Shown here piece after piece: positions 30,805 to 39,526 of a DNA stretch of 64,000 nt; the first letter of the stretch is position 1; the number at the start of each line of letters is the position of its first letter. This stretch comes from Candidatus Pacearchaeota archaeon. GTDB taxonomy: Archaea; Nanobdellota; Nanobdellia; Pacearchaeales; GW2011-AR1. Under the pieces are notes generated by a model. That model worked only from the letters and a program-made list of their open reading frames with translations, was not told the origin of the DNA and did no database searches. The translations under genes were made by a program, and so were the position numbers. The stretch spans positions 2,852-66,851 of the forward strand of contig NZBT01000008.1 of NCBI GenBank assembly GCA_002688015.1. Reading direction: 5' to 3'.

Positions 30805-31542
30805 TTAACCTAGCTTAGAATCTATGATCTGTTGGAAAGCACTAAACGGTTGAGCTCCACTTAAAGCAGTTCCTTCTCCATCTTCTCCCATGATGACAAA
30901 GTATGGTGTTCCTCTTCCTCCAGCCGCCGCCGCATCTCTAAGATCCTTTTGAACTTCTGCTCTCGTTTCTCCCTTGTCTACACAATTAGAGATGTCATAT
31001 CCAAGTTCTTTAGCCCACGTTTTGAAATTAGCACTATTCAAATTAGCTTGATTTTCAAATAAAACATCGTGATATTTGTAATAAGCTTCATCTGATCCAG
31101 ATACTTTCTTAACACATTCTGCTGCTTCTGCCGCAGGTTGCGCTTGTGGATGAATGCTTGTTAGAGGAAAGTCCCTAAATACTATCTTGACTTTTCCAGT
31201 ATCAACATATTCACTCTTCAAAAGAGGGTGTGTATTTGTCGCATGTCTTTGACAGAAAGGACATTGATAATCAGAGAATTCTATAATTGTAACAGGAGCA
31301 TCTTTATCCCCTAAAACTGCGTCATCATCTATACTAGCACTAACTTGACTAGGTTGTGTAGGCTGTTGCGTAGGTGCAACAACATTTCCTGTTCCTGGCG
31401 TTTCAGAATCATCTCCAGTGAAGATAACAAAAGCACAGATTATAACAACTAAAGCAAGAACAAATGTACTATATTTCCAAATCTTATCTTTGCTAATAGA
31501 AATAGTAAGGTCTTCTCCTGATTGTACGTTTTCTTCTTCCAT
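30805..31542 (-). CDS. Thioredoxin-fold thiol:disulfide oxidoreductase, DsbA-like, membrane-anchored
   Basis: N-terminal TM anchor; CPFC active site in FSDYQCPFCQRH; 245 aa. Confidence 0.75.
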   Translation of the reverse strand: MEEENVQSGEDLTISISKDKIWKYSTFVLALVVIICAFVIFTGDDSETPGTGNVVAPTQQPTQPSQVSASIDDDAVLGDKDAPVTIIEFSDYQCPFCQRHATNTHPLLKSEYVDTGKVKIVFRDFPLTSIHPQAQPAAEAAECVKKVSGSDEAYYKYHDVLFENQANLNSANFKTWAKELGYDISNCVDKGETRAEVQKDLRDAAAAGGRGTPYFVIMGEDGEGTALSGAQPFSAFQQIIDSKLG

Positions 31543-31544
31543 AA

Positions 31545-32105
31545 TTAATTACCTCCTTTCATATCTGTATTGAACATGTTTTTCGATATTTTACAGTTTA
31601 TTAAGTCTTTCGATGCCCTATAAATCGTTACCCCTAAAATTCCAATTGCTAAAATACTTATTTCTAAACCATCAAAAGGCAAGAATGTAACTGCCGCCAC
31701 CCCTAATCCCAAAACAGATAACACTCCAACTCCACAAGCAGCACATCCAGGAACAAGGGCTCCAAGGAAAACACCTATGCTCCCAAAGATACTTAATTTT
31801 TTATCAGAGTTTCCAATAACTCTAGTCTTATAAGAAATCAATGAAAACAGCATTCCAAATAATATACTGATAATTATTATTGAAACAAAACTATGAAATT
31901 CAATAGTCTCTTTAAACCCCAAAGACAAAGATAAAAACAACTTGTTCCCTTCAAGAAAACCAAAATTTTGGTAAAAAGAAAAAATAGATTTATAATTAGC
32001 AATAAAGACATTTAAAACATAAAAGAAAAAAGCAATAATTATTGCTAAAAATAAATAACTTCTTTTAGAAAATACAAGTTTCCAAGATCTAAGAACTTCA
32101 TTCAT
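31545..32105 (-). CDS. Polytopic membrane protein with CxxC motif (candidate DsbA redox partner)
   Basis: 186 aa, 4-5 TM; GALVPGCAACGVG within hydrophobic segment; immediately upstream of DsbA-like gene (2-nt spacing). Confidence 0.45.
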   Translation of the reverse strand: MNEVLRSWKLVFSKRSYLFLAIIIAFFFYVLNVFIANYKSIFSFYQNFGFLEGNKLFLSLSLGFKETIEFHSFVSIIIISILFGMLFSLISYKTRVIGNSDKKLSIFGSIGVFLGALVPGCAACGVGVLSVLGLGVAAVTFLPFDGLEISILAIGILGVTIYRASKDLINCKISKNMFNTDMKGGN

Positions 32106-32150
32106 ATATTCTCCTAATAAAAATCACTTATAAGTCTTGTGTTAACGCTG

Positions 32151-32375
32151 TTATTTGATTTTTATTCTCATAATTCCCAATAAAACAAGCAGTATCCCCA
32201 CTAAAATATAAACAGTAAGAACAATAGGACTATGAAATATCAAAATTCCAAGCAAAGAATCTTTCACAATGTAGTTAGCTCCCGAATCTACATCGAATTT
32301 AATAAAGTAAGCCAAAATTAAGAAAATTATCCAAATTATTCCAAGAAAGAACGTTATTTTATTATTTATCTTCAT
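32151..32375 (-). CDS. Small membrane protein
   Basis: 74 aa, two hydrophobic helices. Confidence 0.3.
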   Translation of the reverse strand: MKINNKITFFLGIIWIIFLILAYFIKFDVDSGANYIVKDSLLGILIFHSPIVLTVYILVGILLVLLGIMRIKIK

Positions 32376-32446
32376 TCCTTAAAAAGACAAGAAAGTTTTA
32401 AATACTCTTCCCTCTACTCTTTCCTAACACGGAGAAAAAGAGGGAC

Positions 32447-32878
32447 ATGGCTAAAAAATGCATTTATTGTTATTCTGAACTACAGCAAGACTGTGTCATG
32501 GATGTCTGTAGCCCCTGCGGACACAATGTCTGGGGAGAAAAAATGTTTTCTGCAATAATTCAAAATATGGAAAATGCCAGAGAAGCTGGGGACTTATTTC
32601 AAGGATCTGTATCTGATTCTGCAAATACAATATTAGAAAAGTCTAATGAAACGACAAGGCAGCCCGAAGTCCCTCAAAATCCAGAACAGAAAGAGCAGGG
32701 AACAAGCCTTTCCTTATTTGAAGAAGCAATGCAGACTCAAAAATCCATTTCTGCTCAACAAGAATCAGAACTAGAAAATCCCCCACAAGCTCAAGCCCTC
32801 ATCCAAGAATCAGAAGAACAAATAGAAGAAGTAAATCAGGAACCTATTCAAACATCTTCAGACTCTTTCTCCCTATAA
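32447..32878 (+). CDS. Zinc-ribbon protein with disordered Gln/Glu-rich tail
   Basis: CIYCYSE...CSPCGHN four-Cys ribbon at N-terminus; low-complexity acidic C-terminus. Confidence 0.45.
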   Translation: MAKKCIYCYSELQQDCVMDVCSPCGHNVWGEKMFSAIIQNMENAREAGDLFQGSVSDSANTILEKSNETTRQPEVPQNPEQKEQGTSLSLFEEAMQTQKSISAQQESELENPPQAQALIQESEEQIEEVNQEPIQTSSDSFSL

Positions 32879-32916
32879 TCCAATAGTTTTAAAAACTGCT
32901 TTTTACCTTATTCTAC

Positions 32917-33183
32917 ATGCTTAAACACAAAAGGCAAAGAGACAAAGGAAAATTCTCATTTACGAGATTTTTCCAGAAATTCAGCCCTGGAGATAAGGTC
33001 GCTGTAGTTAGGGAACTAAGTCAAACATTCGGCTACTCAAAGAGATTACAAGGTCGTACAGGGGTTGTCCTAGAAAAACGAGGGGCAGCATACCATATTG
33101 AAATCGCAGACTTAGGAAAGAAAAAGAAATATTTAATTAGACCCATCCACTTAAAGAAAATATACTCAGGAGAAGCAAAATGA
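32917..33183 (+). CDS. rpl21e: 50S ribosomal protein L21e
   Basis: ...FSPGDKVAV...LQGRTGVV...YHIEI...IRPIHLK matches eL21 consensus; conserved position before rpoF/DUF655. Confidence 0.8.
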   Translation: MLKHKRQRDKGKFSFTRFFQKFSPGDKVAVVRELSQTFGYSKRLQGRTGVVLEKRGAAYHIEIADLGKKKKYLIRPIHLKKIYSGEAK

Positions 33184-33488
33184 AAGTATTAGAAAAACAA
33201 CCATTAGCACTTGCAGACGTAAAGGCACATATCAAAGATGTAGAAGAAAAAAAGGATCTTTTACTTTATCTAAAGAAATTCACAATCTTGTCTCCTCAAA
33301 AAGCAAAGGCCCTTGCAGAAGAAATAAGAGCCCTTAAAAACGTTAAGATAAAAGAAGAAGATATCATAGCAGTATTAAATTTCCTCCCTAAAGACGCAGA
33401 AGATGTAAATAAAATATTTATTGACGTTTCCCTTTCTCAAGAAGAAATAAATCAAATCCTGGAAATAGTTAAAAAATATGGAGCTTAA
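33180..33488 (+). CDS. rpoF: DNA-directed RNA polymerase subunit F (Rpb4-like), probable
   Basis: 102 aa helical protein in the conserved L21e-rpoF-DUF655 archaeal gene order; ATGA overlap with L21e. Confidence 0.55.
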   Translation: MKVLEKQPLALADVKAHIKDVEEKKDLLLYLKKFTILSPQKAKALAEEIRALKNVKIKEEDIIAVLNFLPKDAEDVNKIFIDVSLSQEEINQILEIVKKYGA

Positions 33489-33490
33489 AA

Positions 33491-34030
33491 ATGACAGAAA
33501 AAGAAGAAAATGCAATAATCTTAGATTATTTACCTTATGGATATCCAATAGAAAAGAAAATGTCTCCAATAGCTCAGGCTATAGGTCTTAAAACTCTTGC
33601 ATTGTTAGAATTAATTCCTCGTAGAGGAGTCACACTATCAATAAAGGAAAAGGTTTATATAGGTCCAGAGAAGAGAGATAAGATATACTACATCGCCGGA
33701 AGACTAAGGCGGGATAGAATAACAGAAACTGCAAAGATCCAACTGCAGGAGTTCATCGAGGAACTAGTTGGGGAGCAAGAATCTCGTTTTGTCGAGTTCT
33801 TCAATAATGCTCCAGCGATTAATACTAGGCTTCATCAACTTGAACTTCTTCCAGGTTTTGGAAAGAAGCACACCCAAGAGATCATTGAGGAAAGGGCCAA
33901 AAAGGCCTTCAAATCCTTTGAGGATATAAGGGAAAGAGTAAAAAGCATCCCAGATCCAAAGAGCGCAATAGAAAAAAGGGTTATAGAAGAGCTCTTGGAA
34001 AGACAGCGCTTCAATCTTTTTGCACACTAA
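33491..34030 (+). CDS. DUF655-family predicted RNA-binding protein (COG1491)
   Basis: N-terminal ...AIILDYLPYGYP... motif and conserved synteny after rpoF. Confidence 0.65.
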   Translation: MTEKEENAIILDYLPYGYPIEKKMSPIAQAIGLKTLALLELIPRRGVTLSIKEKVYIGPEKRDKIYYIAGRLRRDRITETAKIQLQEFIEELVGEQESRFVEFFNNAPAINTRLHQLELLPGFGKKHTQEIIEERAKKAFKSFEDIRERVKSIPDPKSAIEKRVIEELLERQRFNLFAH

Positions 34031-34038
34031 AAACAAAA

Positions 34039-34557
34039 ATGGCAAAAGAAAGAAAAGAACAAGAAAAAAATCCTAAGGAACAAAAAGAAGAAGAAAAACC
34101 AAAGGAACGAAGAGAAGAAGAAGAAACTGAAGTTCTAATTAGAATTTTCGGACATGACATTCCAGGAAGTAAGAATATCCTAACCGGTTTAACAAGAATA
34201 AAAGGAATTTCTTGGGCAATTTCAAATGCAGTTTGCCACAAATTAAAACTTATAAAATCCAAGAAAATTTCAGAACTTTCTAAACCAGAAATTCAAAAAA
34301 TTGAAGAATTCTTGAAAAACCCCGATTTCCCAGATTTCATAAAAAACAGACGCTCTGATATAGAAACAGGAGAATCTAGTCATTTGTATTCTAATGATTT
34401 AGATATGAAGAAGGAATTCGATATAAAAAGAATGAGAAAAATAAAATCCTATAAAGGATTAAGACACGCTCAAAAGTTGCCAGTAAGAGGACAGAGAACT
34501 CGATCTAACTTTAGACAAAAAGGACAAGCAGTAGGAGTTAAAAGAAAAGCTAAATGA
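34039..34557 (+). CDS. rps13: 30S ribosomal protein S13 (uS13) with Lys/Glu-rich N-terminal extension
   Basis: ...VLIRIFGHDIPGSKNILTGLTRIKGIS... uS13 core; about 30 aa KE-rich leader. Confidence 0.9.
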   Translation: MAKERKEQEKNPKEQKEEEKPKERREEEETEVLIRIFGHDIPGSKNILTGLTRIKGISWAISNAVCHKLKLIKSKKISELSKPEIQKIEEFLKNPDFPDFIKNRRSDIETGESSHLYSNDLDMKKEFDIKRMRKIKSYKGLRHAQKLPVRGQRTRSNFRQKGQAVGVKRKAK

Positions 34558-35153
34558 TAAGGAAGAAAAAACTTTTCGTGCGTCCTAAAAAAGCTTTTGA
34601 ATCCTCAAGAATTCAAGAAGAAAACTCTTTGGTTTTAGAATACGGTTTAAAAAACAAAAGAGAAATTTGGAGAACTCTTGCAAAAGTAAATTACTACAGA
34701 AAGAGAGCAATGGAACTTGCACGTGCTTCAATAGAAGAACAAGAAGTCCTCTTCAACAAACTACGTTCCCTTGGATTAAAAATAGAAACTGCTGCAGACG
34801 TCCTCGATTTAAAACCTGTTGACTTACTAGAAAGAAGACTTCCTACAATTGTCTTTAAAAAAGGATTAGCAAATACTGTAAGACAAGCTAGACAAGCAAT
34901 TGTTCATAAAAAAATATTAATCAAAAATCGTGTTGTAAATTCTCCAAGTTATCTCGTTCCTGTTGCATTTGAGGATCTCATAACTTTAAAGCAAAAGAAG
35001 AAAGTAAAGAAAGAAAAGCCTGTTGAAGAAGCTCCTGCTGAAAAAACTGAAGCCCCTGCTGAAAAAACTGAAGCCCCTGCTGAAGCTGTGGAAGAAGCTC
35101 CAAAGGAAGAGAAAGTAGAAGAGAAGTCTGATAACGAAGGAGAAACAAAATAA
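34554..35153 (+). CDS. rps4: 30S ribosomal protein S4 (uS4) with repetitive acidic C-terminal extension
   Basis: uS4 core (…LEYGLKNKREIWR…KKILIKNRVVNSPSYLV…); C-terminal EAPAEKT repeats. Confidence 0.9.
   Translation: MIRKKKLFVRPKKAFESSRIQEENSLVLEYGLKNKREIWRTLAKVNYYRKRAMELARASIEEQEVLFNKLRSLGLKIETAADVLDLKPVDLLERRLPTIVFKKGLANTVRQARQAIVHKKILIKNRVVNSPSYLVPVAFEDLITLKQKKKVKKEKPVEEAPAEKTEAPAEKTEAPAEAVEEAPKEEKVEEKSDNEGETK
35031..35086 (+). repeat. 21-nt tandem repeat (about 2.6 copies) encoding APAEKTE repeats in S4 C-terminus
   Basis: gc(t/c)cctgctgaaaaaactgaa repeated in tandem. Confidence 0.8.
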
Positions 35154-35659
35154 TGGCAAAGAAAAAAGAAAAAGAAGAAAAAACAGAAGAGAAAGAAGAA
35201 AAAGTTGAAGAAAAAGCAGAAGCTCCAAAGGAAAAAACAGAAGAACTTCAAGAACCTGTAAAGCGAAAGTCAGAAAAACCAAAAGAAGAAAGATCAGGAA
35301 TTGCATACATCTACAGCTCTTCTAACAATACAATAGTTCATATTACTGATCTAGCCGGAAACACAATTTCTCGTGTCTCTGGAGGAATGATAACAAAGCA
35401 CTCTAGATTAAAATCAAACCCTACAATTGCTATGTTTGTTGCAAAAAAAGCTTCTGAGCGTGCTCGTGACTTAGGAATCAACGCATTATACGTAAGATTA
35501 AAAGGAAAAACCACAGTCGGAAACACTGGCCCAGGATCACATTCAGCTGTAAAAGCACTTGGAAAAGAAGGTTTCCGTATCGTAAATATTTTAGACACAA
35601 CTAAGTATCCAAGAGGCGGTCCAAAGAAGAAAGGAGGTAAGAGAGGAAGGCGTGTTTAA
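35153..35659 (+). CDS. rps11: 30S ribosomal protein S11 (uS11) with about 45-aa Lys/Glu-rich N-terminal extension
   Basis: Core GIAYIYSSSNNTIVHITDLAGN...ALYVRLKGKT...; ATGA-type coupling with S4. Confidence 0.9.
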   Translation: MAKKKEKEEKTEEKEEKVEEKAEAPKEKTEELQEPVKRKSEKPKEERSGIAYIYSSSNNTIVHITDLAGNTISRVSGGMITKHSRLKSNPTIAMFVAKKASERARDLGINALYVRLKGKTTVGNTGPGSHSAVKALGKEGFRIVNILDTTKYPRGGPKKKGGKRGRRV

Positions 35660-35703
35660 GCACAAAGAAAAAGCTTTAAAACCCCTCTAAAACTCATACT
35701 AAA

Positions 35704-36399
35704 ATGCCTACAATATTCAATACACCTGAAAAATTAATCTTAAGATTAAAGACATCAGACTCTCTAGCAAACGCAATCCGTAGATCTGTCTCAGAAGTTC
35801 AAACTCTTGCCATAGAAGAAGTTGAAATTTTTAAGAACGATTCTGCATTGTATGATGAAGTTCTTGCTCATAGACTTGGTCTAGTTCCATTACAAACAGA
35901 AAAGTCAATGACTGAAAAAACAAAAGTAAGTTTTAAATTAAGCAAGAAAGGTCCTGGCACTGTTTATGCCTCCGATCTCTCAGGCTCTGGATCAATTGCG
36001 TTCCCAAAAACACCAATTACAATTCTCAATGAAAATCATAAACTAGAACTTGTTGCTTCTGCTTCTCTTGGCACTGGATTAGAACATGCAAAACACACTC
36101 CTGGCCTCTGCTTTTATAGGCATTTATTTGAAGTAAAATCTTCTCCAGAAGCAGATAAAATAATTAAGAAATCAAAATCTTTATTCAAGCCTGAGAAGTC
36201 TGGAACAAAATGGATTTGTGATTTAAACGATCTTGAAGTTTCTCAAATAGAGAAGACAGGAAAAGACGTCATAAATGAAACAAAAGAAATCTTATTCATA
36301 ATTGAATCTTTTGGAATGCTCTCAGCAAAAGATATTCTATCAGGAGCAGTTAAAGCTCTCGGGAAAAACCTTGACAGTTTTGAAAAGGCTGTTAAGTAA
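35704..36399 (+). CDS. rpoD: DNA-directed RNA polymerase subunit D (Rpb3 homologue)
   Basis: ...LANAIRR...EEVEIFKNDSALYDEVLAHRLGLVPL... Rpb3/RpoA-like dimerisation domain; conserved position after S11. Confidence 0.85.
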   Translation: MPTIFNTPEKLILRLKTSDSLANAIRRSVSEVQTLAIEEVEIFKNDSALYDEVLAHRLGLVPLQTEKSMTEKTKVSFKLSKKGPGTVYASDLSGSGSIAFPKTPITILNENHKLELVASASLGTGLEHAKHTPGLCFYRHLFEVKSSPEADKIIKKSKSLFKPEKSGTKWICDLNDLEVSQIEKTGKDVINETKEILFIIESFGMLSAKDILSGAVKALGKNLDSFEKAVK

Positions 36400-36434
36400 A
36401 TCTTTTAAACTTCTTCTATTAATTAGTTCCATAA

Positions 36435-36518
36435 GCGGGAGTGCCAGAGCGGTCAAATGGGCATCGTTAAGGCCGATGTAGCTTAGTGCTTACCAAGGTT
36501 CGAATCCTTGCTCCCGCA
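36435..36518 (+). tRNA. tRNA-Leu, class II; anticodon by position AAG (unusual A34) - alternatively misfolded UAA
   Basis: Acceptor GCGGGAG/CTCCCGC, anticodon stem CATCG/CGATG with loop TTAAGGC, long variable arm, T-loop GGTTCGAATCC. Confidence 0.8.
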
Positions 36519-36556
36519 TGTTTGTTCACCGTAGGGAGTACTCGAGCAAGAACGAA

Positions 36557-36829
36557 TCAACCTTTCTTCTCAAGCTTCTTCAATCTCTTTTCCAATTCCT
36601 TAATTCTATCTTCACTTACTCTGCTATTCTTATTGTAATGTTTATCCATACTTGTAACAAAATCATTCAAATAAGCATTAAACAGCGTTGAAAGCTTTCC
36701 CCCAAACATATCTAACTTCTTTTTACTCTTATTTAGCAAATCCTTATCTACAGTTATGTTCACTCTAACCTTGTTTTCCTTTCCCTTCCTTACACTTATA
36801 CTCTTCGTCTTTTTCTTCTTATCTTTCAT
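36557..36829 (-). CDS. Small basic protein, possible ribbon-helix-helix DNA-binding protein
   Basis: 90 aa; beta-strand-like VRVNITVDKDLLNK followed by helices; KK-rich termini. Confidence 0.35.
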   Translation of the reverse strand: MKDKKKKTKSISVRKGKENKVRVNITVDKDLLNKSKKKLDMFGGKLSTLFNAYLNDFVTSMDKHYNKNSRVSEDRIKELEKRLKKLEKKG

Positions 36830-36908
36830 AGTGTGTATAAGTGTGTATTTTAGTATATAAATCTTTCCCTTAAGAAAGGTTTAAAAACCTTCCAAATTAG
36901 TCCTAACC

Positions 36909-37292
36909 ATGAATGAGATTAGTAAAACAACTTTAAAGAAACGTTCTAAAAATAAGACAGCCCCAGAGCTAGTTGAAACAATCTCCCTCGCTCTAAAGAA
37001 TCCTGCCTGGCTTTCTGTAACGAAAATTCTCTCTGGTCCTACACGTTCTTTTTCAGCAATAAACCTTGATAATATTGATTCCAAAACAAAGGCTGGAGAC
37101 ACTGTTCTCATTCCTGGAAAAGTCCTAAGTAAAGGAGAATTAACAAAAAAGTTAAGAATTGTTGCCCTTTCCTTCTCTGAAAAAGTAAAAGAGAAAGTAA
37201 AAGAAAGCAAATCCGAATTAGTAACAATCCTTGAGGAAATCAAGAAAAATCCAAAATTTGAAGGAATTAAACTAATAACAAACACAAAGTAA
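36909..37292 (+). CDS. rpl18e: 50S ribosomal protein L18e
   Basis: 127 aa; eL18-like (…TGDTVLIPGKVLSKGELTKKLRIVALSFSEK…); conserved position before L13. Confidence 0.75.
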   Translation: MNEISKTTLKKRSKNKTAPELVETISLALKNPAWLSVTKILSGPTRSFSAINLDNIDSKTKAGDTVLIPGKVLSKGELTKKLRIVALSFSEKVKEKVKESKSELVTILEEIKKNPKFEGIKLITNTK

Positions 37293-37293
37293 A

Positions 37294-37791
37294 ATGACAG
37301 AAGAAAACAAAACAGAAAAACCAGTAGAAGAAAAAGCTAAATCAGTAGAAGAAAAAGAAAAAGTTAAAACTGAAAAACAAGAAGAACAAAAAAATCAAGT
37401 TGTAATAGATGCAACAAACGCAACTCTTGGCAGGCTCGCAAGCTACACAGCAAAACAAGCTCTTCTTGGAAAGAAAGTGGCAATTGTAAATTGCAATGAG
37501 GCAATTGTCCTTGGAAATCCAGAATCTGTTACAAAGGCATACATGCAAAAAAGAAGACGTGGCGGAAGTTCCCTAAAAGGTCCATTTTTCCCTAAAAGTC
37601 CTGAAAAAATTGTCAAAAGAACAATTCGTGGAATGCTCCCACATAGAAAGGGCCGCGGTGTCCAAGCTTTAAAGAATATAATGTGTTACAATGTTCTTCC
37701 CGCAGAATTAGAAAAATCAAAGAAGATACTTGCAGGAAAAGTAAAAACATCTGAATCAATTACTCTTCAAGCATTATCAAAACTAATATAA
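37294..37791 (+). CDS. rpl13: 50S ribosomal protein L13 (uL13) with Lys/Glu-rich N-terminal extension
   Basis: Core VVIDATNATLGRLAS...VAIVNCNEAIV...; about 35 aa KE-rich leader. Confidence 0.9.
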   Translation: MTEENKTEKPVEEKAKSVEEKEKVKTEKQEEQKNQVVIDATNATLGRLASYTAKQALLGKKVAIVNCNEAIVLGNPESVTKAYMQKRRRGGSSLKGPFFPKSPEKIVKRTIRGMLPHRKGRGVQALKNIMCYNVLPAELEKSKKILAGKVKTSESITLQALSKLI

Positions 37792-37793
37792 AA

Positions 37794-38225
37794 ATGGCAA
37801 AAAAAACAAAAATCCCAAATATAGAAAACAGAATCTTCTCAGGAAAGAGAAAGACAGCAGTAGCAAAAATTAGAATTAAGCAAGGAACTGGAAATATCTC
37901 TTATAATTTTCTCCCATATGAAGAATTAACTCTCTTCCATAGACTTGCTTTAATAGAGCCCCTTAGAATTTATGAAAAAGAACTCGGGGAAAAAGTAAAG
38001 TTTGATTTTTCTATTAAGACAAAGAGTGGAGGAAAAGAAGCTCAAATCCAAGCATCAAGATTGGCTATAGCCCGTGCTCTTTTGGAAATCTCTGGATCTG
38101 AAACTCTAAAGAAAGCTTTCATTAAATATGACAGAAATATAATTGTTCAAGATAGTAGAAGAAAAGAAGCTTACAAGCCTGGAGACAGTAAGGCAAGAGC
38201 AAAGAGACAGAAATCATTCAGATAA
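37794..38225 (+). CDS. rps9: 30S ribosomal protein S9 (uS9)
   Basis: ...SGGKEAQIQASRLAIARAL...KPGDSKARAKRQKSFR C-terminal uS9 signature. Confidence 0.9.
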   Translation: MAKKTKIPNIENRIFSGKRKTAVAKIRIKQGTGNISYNFLPYEELTLFHRLALIEPLRIYEKELGEKVKFDFSIKTKSGGKEAQIQASRLAIARALLEISGSETLKKAFIKYDRNIIVQDSRRKEAYKPGDSKARAKRQKSFR

Positions 38226-39050
38226 TTATATCTTATCTAACGGGTTTTCCACTTTCTTTATCTGCTCAGAAGAAACATGAGCATACATCTGTGTCGTGTT
38301 AAGATTGCTATGCCCAAGCAAGGTCTGTATCATTCTTATATCGGTTCCATCTTCAAGTAAATGTGTTGCAAAACTATGCCTTAGCGTGTGTGGCGTTACT
38401 TTCTTATTAATTCCAGCCCTCTCTCTTGTTCCCTTAATTATTTTTTGAATATTCCTTGTTGTTAAGGGCTTATCCTTTGAAAAAAGATAAATTTTTTCTT
38501 TATCATTTTTCTCTTCAATAAAACTTTTTAATTCCTCTCCTAATTTAGCAGAAAGAGTAAACATTCTATCTTTGTTTCCTTTTCCTTTCCTTACCCATCC
38601 AATATTTTCAGAAAAGTCAAGGCTGTCAACTTTTAAATTAACAAGCTCAGAAACACGCAAGCCAGAAGAATATAACATGGATATTATCAACCTAGATTTT
38701 CTATTGTCAGCAGATTCAATCATATTCCTTACCTCATCCTTGCTTAAGACTTCAGGAAGCAACCTATCTTTCTTAGGAACTTTAACTTTTGAAAACTCTT
38801 TTTCTAAAATCTCTTGATAAAAAAACTTCAAAGAAGCTGCAGCAAGCATTATAGTATTCTTACTTTTATCTTCAATCAATTTTCCTAGATAAAGCTTTGC
38901 ATCATCTTCTACTAACTCCTCCATAATCTCCTTGTCAGTCATTTTCAAAAATTTATCAACAAAGAAACTATAATTTCTAACAGTAAGAGGGCTAAAGCCA
39001 CGCAGTTTTAGCTCTGTTCTTAATTTTTCCAACCCCTCTGCTTTATTCAT
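38226..39050 (-). CDS. xerA: Tyrosine site-specific recombinase, XerA/XerCD-like
   Basis: N-terminal SAM-like domain; catalytic residues R...(HTLRHSFAT)...(HSNLNTTQMYAHV) R-H-R-Y pattern; stop codon abuts rps9 stop. Confidence 0.85.
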   Translation of the reverse strand: MNKAEGLEKLRTELKLRGFSPLTVRNYSFFVDKFLKMTDKEIMEELVEDDAKLYLGKLIEDKSKNTIMLAAASLKFFYQEILEKEFSKVKVPKKDRLLPEVLSKDEVRNMIESADNRKSRLIISMLYSSGLRVSELVNLKVDSLDFSENIGWVRKGKGNKDRMFTLSAKLGEELKSFIEEKNDKEKIYLFSKDKPLTTRNIQKIIKGTRERAGINKKVTPHTLRHSFATHLLEDGTDIRMIQTLLGHSNLNTTQMYAHVSSEQIKKVENPLDKI

Positions 39051-39166
39051 TTTTTATAGAGAAACTAATCTCATTAAACCGAACTCCTATTTAAACCTTA
39101 TTGCAGAAACGAGAGTTCAAATTTTTCTTCAGGAAACTTTATTAACTCTTCAGATTTAAAAATATC

Positions 39167-39424
39167 ATGAATAAAAGAGCACTCTTTGGCACAGTCTTCA
39201 TTGTCATAATTATTCTATTAATCTTGGCTGGGGCCTTCATCTATTTCCAAGTAAAAAAATCAGGAATTCAATTATCTTCTGGAGAGATCCAAATCGATAT
39301 TAAGTTCAATGATACTGAAGACAGAAATACAATAACAGGAGAAGTAATCGCTGATCCAGAAAGTGATGAAAATCAAACATTAAACGAAACAGAAATTATT
39401 GAAAACCCTCCAGAGTTAGAATAA
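39167..39424 (+). CDS. Small membrane-anchored/secreted acidic protein
   Basis: 85 aa; N-terminal TM/signal anchor, acidic C-terminus. Confidence 0.35.
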   Translation: MNKRALFGTVFIVIIILLILAGAFIYFQVKKSGIQLSSGEIQIDIKFNDTEDRNTITGEVIADPESDENQTLNETEIIENPPELE

Positions 39425-39526
39425 AATTCTTAAAAAATAAGTGGAGAAAGATAAACCGAAATCCACCTCTCTCCAATACAAAGACTTCAAATTAGTATTT
39501 AAACTTTCCCCAAACAGAGTTAACAA

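Noticed and set aside
34949-35306. Two long minus-strand ORFs (100 and 106 aa) rich in Phe/Leu/Ser overlapping the S4/S11 genes
   Set aside because: They are antisense shadows of the Lys/Glu-rich (AAA/GAA) coding sequence and read as poly-Phe/Leu low complexity. The ribosomal protein genes on the plus strand are unambiguous.
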